Source: Candidatus Nanoarchaeia archaeon
Lineage (GTDB): Archaea; Nanobdellota; Nanobdellia; SCGC-AAA011-G17; GW2011-AR18
Reading direction: 5' to 3'
NCBI GenBank assembly: GCA_035289605.1
Contig: DATDWR010000012.1
Location: 4,792 to 68,791, forward strand
Length of the DNA stretch: 64,000 nt
The notes below the pieces were generated by a model, which had not been told where the DNA came from, made no database searches, and saw only the letters and a program-made list of their open reading frames with translations. Each line of letters begins with the position of its first letter. The stretch's first letter is position 1. Below, piece by piece: positions 45,162-58,302 of this stretch. Both the position numbers and the translations under genes were made by a program.

Positions 45162-47219
45162 TTGAAGAAGGATTTTAACAACATTTTTTCATTATTTTTT
45201 ATATTTCTTTTAGTTGTTTCTACAGTTAATGCTTTTGAAATTTTTCAGGAAAGCTCTAGCTCTCCATTATGTCCGAGGGATACTGGTCTTTTTGTTGATG
45301 TAATTAAGAACTCAGGCGTTTCTAGTGAGGATTATAATATAAACTTAAGAGGCTCTGCTTCTGGATGGGCAACTACCGTTCCTAAAAGTTTTGTTTTAGC
45401 TCCTGGAGATTCTAAAAAAGTTTATACTTATGTTACACCTTCGCAGAATGCTAATTCTGGCAGTTATATCTTGGAAGAGGTTATAAGTTCTAGCAGCGGA
45501 ACCAAGATAGCAGCTCATACTATTATAGTTAAGGATTGCTTTAGAGTAGGGCTTACTGCTCCGTTTGCTGGGCAGGAATCATGTCCCGATGATAATCCAA
45601 AATATGAATTTACTCTTGTTAATAATGGCGAGTTTAGGGAAACTTTCACTCTTAGTGTTGAAGGCCAGCTGAAGGATGCTGTGACTTTAAGCGATAAGAT
45701 TATTATACTAGATAAAGGCGATAGCAAAAAGATTATTGCATTCTTGAAAGCTCCAGCCAAAGATGCTGAATATGGCTTTACTGTTATAGCAGTTGGAAGT
45801 TCAGGCAGTACAAGAAATTCTATTCCTTTTCTTTTGAAGGTAAATCCCTGTTATGACTTTAAATTTGCAGTTCTGGGAGATACTTCTCATAGTATATGTG
45901 AAAGAAGCTATGTTGTTGTTCCATTAAGGCTTGAAAACAAAGGCACTACTATTAATGCTTATAAGATAAATCTAGACGGCCCTGTTTGGGCCCGTGTAGA
46001 AAGAAATGAGTTTACTTTGCTTGCTGGTGAGTCAAAAAATTTTAACTTGGTTTTTGCTCCAGCTTTTGGTGTTGAAGGAAAGTTTAACGCAAAGCTGGAC
46101 GTTGTTCCAGATAGGGGATATTCCAAGTTCTCTACAATTTTTGATGTTGCTGTTAGAAAATGCCACGGTGTTGGTGTTGATATTCTTGATAATAAAGGAC
46201 AAGCTTGTCAGGGTGTTTCTTCTGAGTTCAAGAGTTTGATAAAGAATTCTGGAGAAGTTAGAAAATCTTATGCCTTGAGTTTGGATGCTCCTGCATGGAC
46301 AAGTATAAAGGAGGGTATTATTACTTTAGAAAGCAAAGATGTAAAGACTTTTGATATTAAAGCCCTTCCTACTTCTGATGTAAAGCCTGGTGTTTATGAT
46401 GTCAAGCTTGATGTTAAATCCACAGATGATAGTGGGATTGCAGCTAGCGACAGTATCAAAGTTGAAGTTGTCGCAGTTGATGATTGTTACAAGCCGAAAC
46501 TTAGGCCTCTTTATGATAATGTTGTTGTCTATCATGATTCTAGTGTTGCCTTACCTGTAAATATAGAAAATGCAGGTGTTAGAAAGGCAACATATAATCT
46601 TTTCTTAAGCGGAAGTTCCTCTGTTTTTAGCAGGCTTAATCCTGACGAGATTAGCGTTGAGCCTGGAAAGACAGAAACTGCTTATTTGTACATTGCTCCT
46701 AAGACAAATGTTAAGCTGGGCAAGTATGATGCCAGGATAAGATTAAGTTTAAAAAATGGCCCCGCTCTTGATTCTAAGGATATTGAGATTGAAATTACAG
46801 ATGTTAGGAGCAGGGCAACAAAGATTAATTTGGGAACTTCAGGCGAAGATGTTAATGCAAGTTCTTTTAGTGTACAAGAGTCTGGATCATTTTTTTCTGG
46901 GTTGAGGAATTGGCTCGGCAGAGACCAAGTTGAAGAACCTGCTAAGGAAGTTGCTGACACTGGTGCTGAAAGATTTGTCAATCAATATAGGTATCATATT
47001 TTGGGAGCTATAATATTGCTTGTGCTTGTTATATTATTTTTCAGCTTTGGAATGCACAGCAGGGTTGTTGAGTTTTTTGAGGAAGAAGTTGAAGATTCCA
47101 AGCCTGTAAATAAAAGAAAGCAAGTTAGAAAAAATAAAGTTAAAACCAGGAAAAAGATCATTGCAAACGAGCAGCAGGCTGAGCAGGAAGAAATTAAGGA
47201 AAAAGTAAATGAGCAATAG
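45162..47219 (+). CDS. Exported, C-terminally anchored surface protein with about five beta-sandwich repeats and a long charged cytoplasmic tail
   Basis: TTG start. Signal peptide IFSLFFIFLLVVSTVNA, repeated blocks, a TM segment (ILGAIILLVLVILFFSF) and a roughly 70-aa Lys/Glu tail. Stop is TAG. Confidence 0.7.
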   Translation: MKKDFNNIFSLFFIFLLVVSTVNAFEIFQESSSSPLCPRDTGLFVDVIKNSGVSSEDYNINLRGSASGWATTVPKSFVLAPGDSKKVYTYVTPSQNANSGSYILEEVISSSSGTKIAAHTIIVKDCFRVGLTAPFAGQESCPDDNPKYEFTLVNNGEFRETFTLSVEGQLKDAVTLSDKIIILDKGDSKKIIAFLKAPAKDAEYGFTVIAVGSSGSTRNSIPFLLKVNPCYDFKFAVLGDTSHSICERSYVVVPLRLENKGTTINAYKINLDGPVWARVERNEFTLLAGESKNFNLVFAPAFGVEGKFNAKLDVVPDRGYSKFSTIFDVAVRKCHGVGVDILDNKGQACQGVSSEFKSLIKNSGEVRKSYALSLDAPAWTSIKEGIITLESKDVKTFDIKALPTSDVKPGVYDVKLDVKSTDDSGIAASDSIKVEVVAVDDCYKPKLRPLYDNVVVYHDSSVALPVNIENAGVRKATYNLFLSGSSSVFSRLNPDEISVEPGKTETAYLYIAPKTNVKLGKYDARIRLSLKNGPALDSKDIEIEITDVRSRATKINLGTSGEDVNASSFSVQESGSFFSGLRNWLGRDQVEEPAKEVADTGAERFVNQYRYHILGAIILLVLVILFFSFGMHSRVVEFFEEEVEDSKPVNKRKQVRKNKVKTRKKIIANEQQAEQEEIKEKVNEQ

Positions 47220-47250
47220 TTTTATATATTTCTAAGATAATAATTTTTAT

Positions 47251-47439
47251 ATGGATCTTAAAACTTTGCTTAAGATTAATATTGCATTGTTTTCTGTAGT
47301 ATTTCTGGTTCACTTGTACAGAATTATATTCTACTTTCCTGTAAGTATAGGAAGCTGGGAAGTCCCGGTTTGGTTTAATGTTTTATTCTTGTTGATTTCT
47401 CTTGTGCTGATACTCTTGAATTATAAGCAGATGAAATAA
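47251..47439 (+). CDS. Small two-TM membrane protein (62 aa)
   Basis: ORF with two hydrophobic segments. Confidence 0.4.
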   Translation: MDLKTLLKINIALFSVVFLVHLYRIIFYFPVSIGSWEVPVWFNVLFLLISLVLILLNYKQMK

Positions 47440-47443
47440 GGTA

Positions 47444-50400
47444 TTAAACTTTCAGGCTCACAACTTTAGATATTCCGTCCTGCATGCTAACACCATAAAC
47501 ATATTCTGCTTCGTTTATTATGTGGTCGTTGTGGCTTATCACTAGATATTGTGCTTTATTGGAATATTTTTGTATAAGCTTTGACAGTAGTTCTGAGTTT
47601 TTCTTGTCAAGCGCTGCATCAACTTCATCTAATAAATAAAATGGTGATGGCTCATGTTCTTGTATTGCAAATATGAAAGATAATGCACATAATGTTTTTT
47701 CTCCTCCTGATAGGCTTTTCAAGTCTAGGTATCTGTTTCCTACAAGCTTTACTTGTATGTCTACTCCTCCTTCGAATGGGTTTTCCTCGTTTTCTAGTGT
47801 TACATATACTTCTCCTTTGGTTGTCAGGCTGTTAAAAATTTCTTTAAAGTTCCTTACTATTTCTTTGTATGTTTTCATGAATATGTCTTTTTTCTTGCCT
47901 TCAACTTCTGCCATGACATTTAAAACATCATCTTTTTCTGATCTTAGTTTTGATACCTTTTCCACAATTGCCTGGTATTCTTTGTCTATGTTTTCATATA
48001 CTTCCAGCGCTCTTAGATTCACATTTCCTATTGAGCCTAGTAATTTTTCGTTCTCATGTATTTTCATTTTGAGGTCTTCAAAAGTCATTCCCCTCTTTAT
48101 TTTTGCTTCCTTGTAGTTTTCAAAGTCCTTGTTGAGCGCTTCAAGTTCTGCAATCACCTTTGCCCTGTCTATTGAAATGTTATTAAGCCTTTGTTCAAAT
48201 CCTTTTGTTTTTTCTTCCTCTCTTGCAAGGTTTGTTTCAAAGTTCTGTATTTTCTCTCCGTATTTGTTTCTTTTTGTAACAAGGTCCTTGAAGTTTGCAT
48301 AAAATTTTTTCTCCTCTGCTTCCTTGCTTTTCAGATCTGCTTCCTTTCTCTTTATTATTTCCTTTACTGTGTTGAGTTCTTTGAAGAATTCTTCGTTTTC
48401 CTTTTCCTGCTGTTTTATTATCTTTTCAGTTTTTTCCTTTTCTGGCATGAGCATTGACATTACCTGAGTTTCCGCATTTTTTATATTGCCTCTAAATTCA
48501 AGCACGCTTTCCTTGATTTTTAGTTTTTGCTGTTCTAGTGTTTCAAGATTTCTTATGACTTCTGGATCTTTCAGTTTTTCTCTTAGTTTGCTTTTCTTTT
48601 CTTTCAGTTTTTCTAGGTAATTATTCAGATTCTTTATATTCTTATCAAAGTTCTCTATGTCCATGTCAGCAGACTTTAATGCCTCTGCCAGTTCCTTTTT
48701 CTCTTCTGCTAAGGAATTCACGTCTAGTCCTTCTATGTTCATTGATTTTTCTATTTTTATTATGTTTCCTTCTAGTTCAGCTTTTCTCTCTCTCAGGCTT
48801 GTTATCATTACTTCATTGTCTGTTTTCTTTGTTTCAACATGGCTGATTAGTGTCTTGAGTTTTTTTATTTCTTCTTCAAGTCTTTCTATGTTTGTGTCTA
48901 TTTCTTTTTCTTTGAATCCTAGTCCTGTCCTATGTATCCTGTATCCTCCGACCATTGCCCCAGAAGGTTCTAGTAAGTCTCCTTCAAGCGTTACCATTCT
49001 GGCTTTTCCTATTCCTATTCTTCTTCCGGTTTCTATGTCATCTATAATTAAAGTGGAACCCAGCACATACGAGAAGATTTCTTTGTATTTGTGGTCATGG
49101 TTTACAAGTTCTACTGCTAGGCCGTGAACTCCTTTTGTTTTTAGCAGTTCTTTTACTCCATGCTCAATTATTCTTGATTTTATTTTGTTTAGCGGCAGGA
49201 ATGTTGCTACTCCCAGCTTGTTTGTTTTTAGGTGCTCTATGCATTTTTGTGCTGTTATGTCGCTTTCTACAACTATGCTGTTCAACCTTTGTCCTGCTGC
49301 AACTTCTAGTGCTGCAGAGTATTTTCCGTCTACATTTCCTAAGCTTGATACAAGGCCGTGTATTCCTTTCATGCTGTTCTTCAATTCTAGTATTTTTCTT
49401 ACTGCTAAATCTGACATTGTTCTTTCTTGTATTCCAAGCTGTCTTGTTGTAAGCTTTGCCAGCTCTTCGTTGTTCTGCAGTAATTCGTATCTTGCTTTGC
49501 TTAACTGTGCCGCAAAGCTAGAATCCTCGTTTAAATTTCTAGCTAGTTTCTCAGCTGCTTCTCTGAACTCTTTTTTGTAGTTCTTCAAATTCTCCATATC
49601 TTTTCCAGATCCTTTCATGCTGCTTATTTTTTCTTCTAGAATGCTTAGCTTGAAAGCTACTTGGTCTTTAGTTCTTAGTAGTTCTTGTTTTTGTGCTATT
49701 ATTTTATTTATTTCTTCTTGTTTGTTTTCTGTTTCTAATTCAAGCTTCTCGAGTGTATTGTCCTCACCTTCAACGCCTGCTTTTGCTTTTAATGAAAATA
49801 TTTTTTTTTCTATTTCCTTTTCCTTGCTTGACAAGTTGCTTATTCCTGCTTCGTGCTGCTTGCTCTTCAGGTTTAGTTCTTTTATTTTTTCTTGTATTTC
49901 ATTTATATTTGTAAGAAGCTGCTCTTTTCTTGTCTTTATTTTTGTAATTTCATTTGTGCATACTTCTGCTCTTGAGTCTGCCTTTACTATTTCTGTCTTC
50001 AGTTCCTCTATTTCTTTTCTTATAACCAGCTGGTCTTTTTCTCCTTTTACTTCTATTTCTTCATTTATTCTTTTTATTTCTTCTTTGAAATTATTAATTT
50101 GATTTTTGTATTCTGCTACCTGCAGGTTTATCTTTGATATCTTTTCTTCTGCTTCTTTTTTTCTTGACTCTACATCTTCTAGTTCCTCGTTTTTTTCTTT
50201 TATTTGTAAATGCAGGTAAGTTGCCTTGTCATCCTTTATTGTTTCCTGTATTTCCTTGAATTTTATTGCCTGGTCTCTTTCTTTTTTCAGTTCTCTTAGG
50301 TTTGCCTCTCTTTCTGTGAGTATTATTTCTGCTTCGTTTAGCTTCGAATCAACTTTTTCTAGCTCTTGCAGGCATTTTGTTTTTTTGTCCTCATATACAG

Positions 50401-52486
50401 ATATTCCTGATATTTCTTCTATTACCTGTCTTCTTTCAATTGGCTTCATTTCCATGAAGTGGATTATGTCTCCTTGCAGTATTATGTTGTGCCCGTCAGG
50501 ATCTATTTTTGCTGCATTCAATAAATCTAGAACTTGCTGCCTTGTTCTCACCTCATTGTTTATTATATATTCGCTTGTTCCGTTCTGTTTCACTATTCTT
50601 GTTACGCTGACTTCCTTTCCTTGTATTGGGAATTTTCCTGTTGAGTTGTCAAATTCTATTGTTACTTCTGCTTCTTTTGCCGGGCTGTGCTTTTTTCCTC
50701 CATTGTATATCAAATGGGAGCTTTTTTCAGCCCTCATTTCTCTTGCTGAGGACTTTCCGAGAACAAAGCATAATGCATCTACAACATTGCTATTATGAGC
50801 AAAAATACCATCGGCTATAAAATTATGATTCTCAGGTACAGTTAAATCATAGACATAAGCTTCTTTCTCTGTTTTTTCTATTTTCAAAACTTGATCCCAA
50901 AATAAATCAGAACTAGCCAAGTTATATAACACTTGCAGGTTATCTTTTATAAGGTTTAACCTAACTGTTAATGCATTCCTAATAAATGCGAAAAACTCTT
51001 TAAGATTTTCTTTTCTTGCTTGGAATTTATTTGATCTCCAAAAATTATTTATTGTATCTTTATTTAATCCTATTTGGACTGATGCCATTCTTCCAGATAT
51101 GTTTAATATTTCTAATCCTTGTATTAATTGATTTTGATCCATTCTTAGATAATTCTCGTAATACTCATAATACACCTCTAATTTTTCTTTAAACAATACT
51201 AAAAGTTCATTTATTCCGTCTCTCGATGGTGCGCACCTATTCTCATAGTATGAAACTAGTCTTGGATATTCCTTTTTCAAATTTTTTACTTTCAATCCTA
51301 ACAACTTAACCAATTTTCTAACATAATAATTTGTTTCTTGCGGTAATATATCTACATTAGGATTAGAGTTTTTAATTTTTTCTACAATTTTTTGTAATCT
51401 TGTTTTTTTATGATTGCATTTTAATGGTATATTTATATAGAATCTCTTTAGATTTTCATAACCATAAATATTCAAATAATAATACCATCTTTTTATTTTT
51501 GCTTCAGTATTTGTTGCACATTTTAGTTTTTTGGAGACGTGCGATAAAATATCAAATCTTAACAACAATCTTTGTACTTGATATATAAATTCTTTATTTT
51601 TGGACGATAATTCTATATATGACACATCTTCAGGTACATAACCATCAGTATCGTAAATTCCTGCTAACAACTGGCCTATAACTTCATTGGAAGTTCCTAA
51701 TAATAAGTCAGGTATCTTTTTCACTTCTCCGGTTATAGATCCTTTATAATCCTTATAAAACAAATTTCTTAATTCCGAGATTATATTTTTGTTCCAAGTT
51801 GTTATTGTCTTTGCATTTGTACCCTTCTTTTTGTATTCTTTTATATTCACATTTTCATATAATTTATTTAGTATTCTTTTAAAATCATCTATTATTTCAA
51901 TATCTTCATTTGTTAAATCTATTCTATCTACTCCCAAATAGCCATCTCCTATTAAATAACCTATAAGTTTTGCTTTTTCTTTATCAAAAATTATATTCGC
52001 TTCTGTTTTAATTTCTCTTGGTGTAGCTATAAAGTCATTAGATTTTAAATCTTTTATCAGTATACTCTTTAAAATTCCTTCCTTAAATATCATTATTGGA
52101 TGACATCCGGTAGCTGTAATTTCCTTTCCACTTCTAGTTTTTATTTTAAATAATTCTTCACCTTCTCTTTTAATAAACTTAGAAACTAATTTTTTTCCTG
52201 ATTTCATTGTTAAAGGATTTACTGAAATTACATATGTACCACTCTCCTCGCAATAAATTCCGTCTTTTAATTTTTTAATTTCTTTGGCATTCTTTAATTT
52301 CTCTTCAACCAGTTTTCCTATTTTAATTTCTTCTCCATTAGATAAAGTTATGATACTATTATATGATAAACTCTTGCCAGCGCCATTTGGGCCTATTATA
52401 ATATTAAAACCTTTCCCAAATATTAGGTCTGTCTTGTTTGCAAACGATTTAAATCCCTTACTAGAAAGCCTCTTTATTAATGTCAT
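47444..52486 (-). CDS. smc: SMC chromosome-segregation ATPase, interrupted by an intein
   Basis: Walker A GPNGAGK/S split by the intein, long coiled coils and a hinge, signature LSGGEKTL, and Walker B FYLLDEVDAALD. Confidence 0.9.
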   Translation of the reverse strand: MTLIKRLSSKGFKSFANKTDLIFGKGFNIIIGPNGAGKSLSYNSIITLSNGEEIKIGKLVEEKLKNAKEIKKLKDGIYCEESGTYVISVNPLTMKSGKKLVSKFIKREGEELFKIKTRSGKEITATGCHPIMIFKEGILKSILIKDLKSNDFIATPREIKTEANIIFDKEKAKLIGYLIGDGYLGVDRIDLTNEDIEIIDDFKRILNKLYENVNIKEYKKKGTNAKTITTWNKNIISELRNLFYKDYKGSITGEVKKIPDLLLGTSNEVIGQLLAGIYDTDGYVPEDVSYIELSSKNKEFIYQVQRLLLRFDILSHVSKKLKCATNTEAKIKRWYYYLNIYGYENLKRFYINIPLKCNHKKTRLQKIVEKIKNSNPNVDILPQETNYYVRKLVKLLGLKVKNLKKEYPRLVSYYENRCAPSRDGINELLVLFKEKLEVYYEYYENYLRMDQNQLIQGLEILNISGRMASVQIGLNKDTINNFWRSNKFQARKENLKEFFAFIRNALTVRLNLIKDNLQVLYNLASSDLFWDQVLKIEKTEKEAYVYDLTVPENHNFIADGIFAHNSNVVDALCFVLGKSSAREMRAEKSSHLIYNGGKKHSPAKEAEVTIEFDNSTGKFPIQGKEVSVTRIVKQNGTSEYIINNEVRTRQQVLDLLNAAKIDPDGHNIILQGDIIHFMEMKPIERRQVIEEISGISVYEDKKTKCLQELEKVDSKLNEAEIILTEREANLRELKKERDQAIKFKEIQETIKDDKATYLHLQIKEKNEELEDVESRKKEAEEKISKINLQVAEYKNQINNFKEEIKRINEEIEVKGEKDQLVIRKEIEELKTEIVKADSRAEVCTNEITKIKTRKEQLLTNINEIQEKIKELNLKSKQHEAGISNLSSKEKEIEKKIFSLKAKAGVEGEDNTLEKLELETENKQEEINKIIAQKQELLRTKDQVAFKLSILEEKISSMKGSGKDMENLKNYKKEFREAAEKLARNLNEDSSFAAQLSKARYELLQNNEELAKLTTRQLGIQERTMSDLAVRKILELKNSMKGIHGLVSSLGNVDGKYSAALEVAAGQRLNSIVVESDITAQKCIEHLKTNKLGVATFLPLNKIKSRIIEHGVKELLKTKGVHGLAVELVNHDHKYKEIFSYVLGSTLIIDDIETGRRIGIGKARMVTLEGDLLEPSGAMVGGYRIHRTGLGFKEKEIDTNIERLEEEIKKLKTLISHVETKKTDNEVMITSLRERKAELEGNIIKIEKSMNIEGLDVNSLAEEKKELAEALKSADMDIENFDKNIKNLNNYLEKLKEKKSKLREKLKDPEVIRNLETLEQQKLKIKESVLEFRGNIKNAETQVMSMLMPEKEKTEKIIKQQEKENEEFFKELNTVKEIIKRKEADLKSKEAEEKKFYANFKDLVTKRNKYGEKIQNFETNLAREEEKTKGFEQRLNNISIDRAKVIAELEALNKDFENYKEAKIKRGMTFEDLKMKIHENEKLLGSIGNVNLRALEVYENIDKEYQAIVEKVSKLRSEKDDVLNVMAEVEGKKKDIFMKTYKEIVRNFKEIFNSLTTKGEVYVTLENEENPFEGGVDIQVKLVGNRYLDLKSLSGGEKTLCALSFIFAIQEHEPSPFYLLDEVDAALDKKNSELLSKLIQKYSNKAQYLVISHNDHIINEAEYVYGVSMQDGISKVVSLKV
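50792..52372 (-). mobile_element. Intein (527 aa) with a LAGLIDADG homing-endonuclease domain in the SMC P-loop
   Basis: Junctions GPNGAGK|SLSYNS... and ...IFAHN|SNVVDALCFVLG. Block B is TATGCHP. LAGLIDADG motifs are LIGYLIGDGYL and LLAGIYDTDGYV. Confidence 0.85.
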
Positions 52487-52670
52487 TTTTTAATTGTTCT
52501 TAACAATATAGGATATTTAAAGGTTTTTATTTTTTTGGCTGAATTTTAGGCTTCTAAACGCTTATTTTAATAGTTTATAGTAATATCTTAGAAATGTTAC
52601 TATTTTTAAGTGAGCACAGCCGAAAGCTTTATATATTAGTTATCCCTATATATTTCTATCACCTCTTTTT

Positions 52671-52706
52671 CCCAGGGAGAAGATTCTTCGGAATTTTCTT
52701 CTTGGG
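52671..52706 (+). ncRNA. Candidate small structured RNA: 16-bp hairpin closed by a C(UUCG)G tetraloop
   Basis: CCCAGGGAGAAGATTC-TTCG-GAATTTTCTTCTTGGG pairs with three G-U pairs that only work on the plus strand. It is followed by TTTT, with TATA-like TTTATATA at 52628-52635. Confidence 0.3.
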
Positions 52707-52729
52707 TTTTAATCATAATTTGCTAAATA

Positions 52730-52915
52730 TTACTTCTTAGAAGTCCATTCAGCATAATGGCACTTCCCGCAGTAAACCCTGTCCTTATGCACTGCTAAGA
52801 ACATTCCAGGTCCGCATTTAGGGCAAGTTTTTCCTCTTTCAATTTTATTTCCAGAAATTTTATATTTCTTCCAACGTTCTGATGGTTTTCTATTTTTTAC
52901 TTTTTTCTTTGCCAT
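52730..52915 (-). CDS. rps27ae: Ribosomal protein S27ae (eS31)
   Basis: Basic N-terminus and zinc ribbon [24 protein letters not shown]. Confidence 0.9.
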   Translation of the reverse strand: MAKKKVKNRKPSERWKKYKISGNKIERGKTCPKCGPGMFLAVHKDRVYCGKCHYAEWTSKK

Positions 52916-52922
52916 AGTTCAA

Positions 52923-53219
52923 TTACTTTGATGCTGCCTTCTTTTTAGGCTCGCTTTTCTTTCCTTTTGGAGGTTCTAAAAATTTTAGATTATTGCTGTC
53001 TTCATATATGTGTGCTATTATCTTGGATTTGTTCATTCCAAATTTTGTAAATATGTGCCTTATTGCTATATTTTCCTGAAGCACATTGTATTGTTTGCAT
53101 AAATCTTCTTTCAGCGATTGTCTTGATGGTGTTGCGCTTCCGACATGCTCAATTTCTAGTGTAAGCCTTTTTCTTTTAAGTAATGGCGATTCAGTTTCCT
53201 TTAAAACTTTAAGGTTCAT
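52923..53219 (-). CDS. rps24e: Ribosomal protein S24e (eS24)
   Basis: PLLKRKRLTLEIEH...ATPSRQSLKEDL...FGMNKS pattern, in the conserved cluster position. Confidence 0.85.
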   Translation of the reverse strand: MNLKVLKETESPLLKRKRLTLEIEHVGSATPSRQSLKEDLCKQYNVLQENIAIRHIFTKFGMNKSKIIAHIYEDSNNLKFLEPPKGKKSEPKKKAASK

Positions 53220-53419
53220 CTTGTCTTTATTGCATATTCTCCTTTGACATTTATTCCAAGAACTTTTCCTATCTCAGATTTTTCAGCATCCAGCACAACT
53301 ATTCTTCCTTTCCAACTTGTTGTAAATTCAGATCCTTTGCATAATGGGCATTCATTGCCTTTTACAAATATCTTGCATTTCTTGCATGCCTTCTTCTTTA
53401 CCACACTAAAAACCTCCAC
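53216..53419 (-). CDS. spt4: Transcription elongation factor Spt4 (RNA polymerase subunit E'')
   Basis: CKKCK...CPLCKG zinc ribbon followed by TTSWKGRIVVLD. Overlaps rps24e by 4 nt. Confidence 0.85.
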   Translation of the reverse strand: MEVFSVVKKKACKKCKIFVKGNECPLCKGSEFTTSWKGRIVVLDAEKSEIGKVLGINVKGEYAIKTR

Positions 53420-53453
53420 TAGTTTTTGTACACAAAAGTAATATTTTCATTGT

Positions 53454-54023
53454 TTATTTTTCTCCCTTGCCCTTCTTCGACGCTGCTTTTTTCTGTTCTT
53501 CTTCAATCCACTTCAAGCTGCCTAAAGCAGGCTGCCTCATTGTCAGTCCTATCTTTGGGTTTGCTATGTCTTTGTAACTTACAGCAATTATTCTTGCCCT
53601 GCATTTGTCTCCTACTTTTAACACTTTTTTAGATTCTTTTCCTGTTAATGTTTTCTGCTTGCTGAATCCTATAAAATCATCCATTGTTTGCGATACATGT
53701 ATCATGCCGTCAACAGGGCCTATATTTATGAAAGCTCCAAAGTTTGTTATGTCTGTTATTTTTCCCAAGACTAATTCCTGTATCTCTGGAATGTAAGTTA
53801 AGAACTTGAATTCTGTCTCGTAAAATGCAGCTCCGTCGCCTGGAATTATTATTCCTTCCCCAATATTAAGCACTTCTGTTACGCATATTATAAAGCCTAC
53901 ATCATTGCTGATATGACCTTCAAATTGTTCATTCAGCCTTGTAAGCACTGCTTCTTCTGTTTCCTGTTCTAGCAGCGTTGGTGGCACTCTTACATGGCTT
54001 TTTGCTTTTATTTCATAGAACAT
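53454..54023 (-). CDS. rpoE: DNA-directed RNA polymerase subunit E' (Rpo7) with an S1 domain
   Basis: N-terminal Rpb7-like fold (MFYEIKAKSHVRVPP) and C-terminal S1 domain (GKITDITNFGAFINIGPVDGMIHVSQ). Confidence 0.85.
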   Translation of the reverse strand: MFYEIKAKSHVRVPPTLLEQETEEAVLTRLNEQFEGHISNDVGFIICVTEVLNIGEGIIIPGDGAAFYETEFKFLTYIPEIQELVLGKITDITNFGAFINIGPVDGMIHVSQTMDDFIGFSKQKTLTGKESKKVLKVGDKCRARIIAVSYKDIANPKIGLTMRQPALGSLKWIEEEQKKAASKKGKGEK

Positions 54024-54298
54024 TTAAATGAGCACTAGTGTAAAGTTTTTAAAGATTTTGGTTATCCTTAATTTTATGAAAAACAGAATTATAAGAGAAG
54101 AAAACAAGCTAAATATCCTCATAGAAAAAGAATTAGATCTGAGCAATGTTTTTGGAACTCTTAAAACTAAAACTTATGGGCAAAAATTTAAGAACATATG
54201 AAAAAAGAGCGCTGAATAATGACGACATTATTTTTAGATACCTATGCAATATTTGAATTTGTAAAAGGCAATTAATTTATTAGCAAATAATAAAAAAC

Positions 54299-54640
54299 TT
54301 ATTTCAATTCCAGATATTTTTCTTGTCTTATCACAATGCAAGAATCTTTTAGTCTTTTTTTCAGTTCTCTGTCTTGTGTCCCTATTATGCATCCCTTTTC
54401 TGAATATTCAACTAAAGCATCATCAACATTTCCTTCAGATGGAATTACATTAAATTTTGTAAGATATTTTTTTATCAGATTCAATTCTTTTGGTTTTACT
54501 TTTTCTAGTTCTTCTATAGTTCCGCTAAGCACATTTAAGCTGTATGAAAAGGAGCATATTCTTTCTATTTCAGAAAATAAGTCAATTTGATATTTTGCAA
54601 TGTAGATCAAAAAATTAGTGTCAAAAACAATGTTTTTCAT
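54299..54640 (-). CDS. PIN-domain protein, Fcf1/Utp24-like (archaeal COG1412-type)
   Basis: MKNIVFDTNFLIY...IIGTQDRELKKRL. Sits beside the rpoE'-spt4-S24e-S27ae cluster, as in many archaea. Confidence 0.7.
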   Translation of the reverse strand: MKNIVFDTNFLIYIAKYQIDLFSEIERICSFSYSLNVLSGTIEELEKVKPKELNLIKKYLTKFNVIPSEGNVDDALVEYSEKGCIIGTQDRELKKRLKDSCIVIRQEKYLELK

Positions 54641-54829
54641 GTTTAATTAAAGAAATATCAAAGAATAAAAAACTTGTCTTTATAAATAATTGTAAAATAG
54701 CTTTATACAAGCTATAAACACATTTAAATGCATTTTAGACTTAGAAAGGTATATATAGCAAAAAAACTTCTCATTAATATAAGAAAATTGAGGATATGAG
54801 GCTTAAAAAGGCATTTTATGAGGGTTTAG

Positions 54830-58300
<3,471 letters not shown>

Positions 58301-58302
58301 AA

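Noticed and set aside
47673-50820. Many plus-strand ORFs of 60-190 aa listed by the ORF track opposite smc.
   Set aside because: They are antisense to the Lys/Glu-rich SMC coiled coil and give low-complexity Ser/Phe/Leu-rich products. They mutually overlap and have no ribosome-binding sites. They are mirror-frame artefacts.
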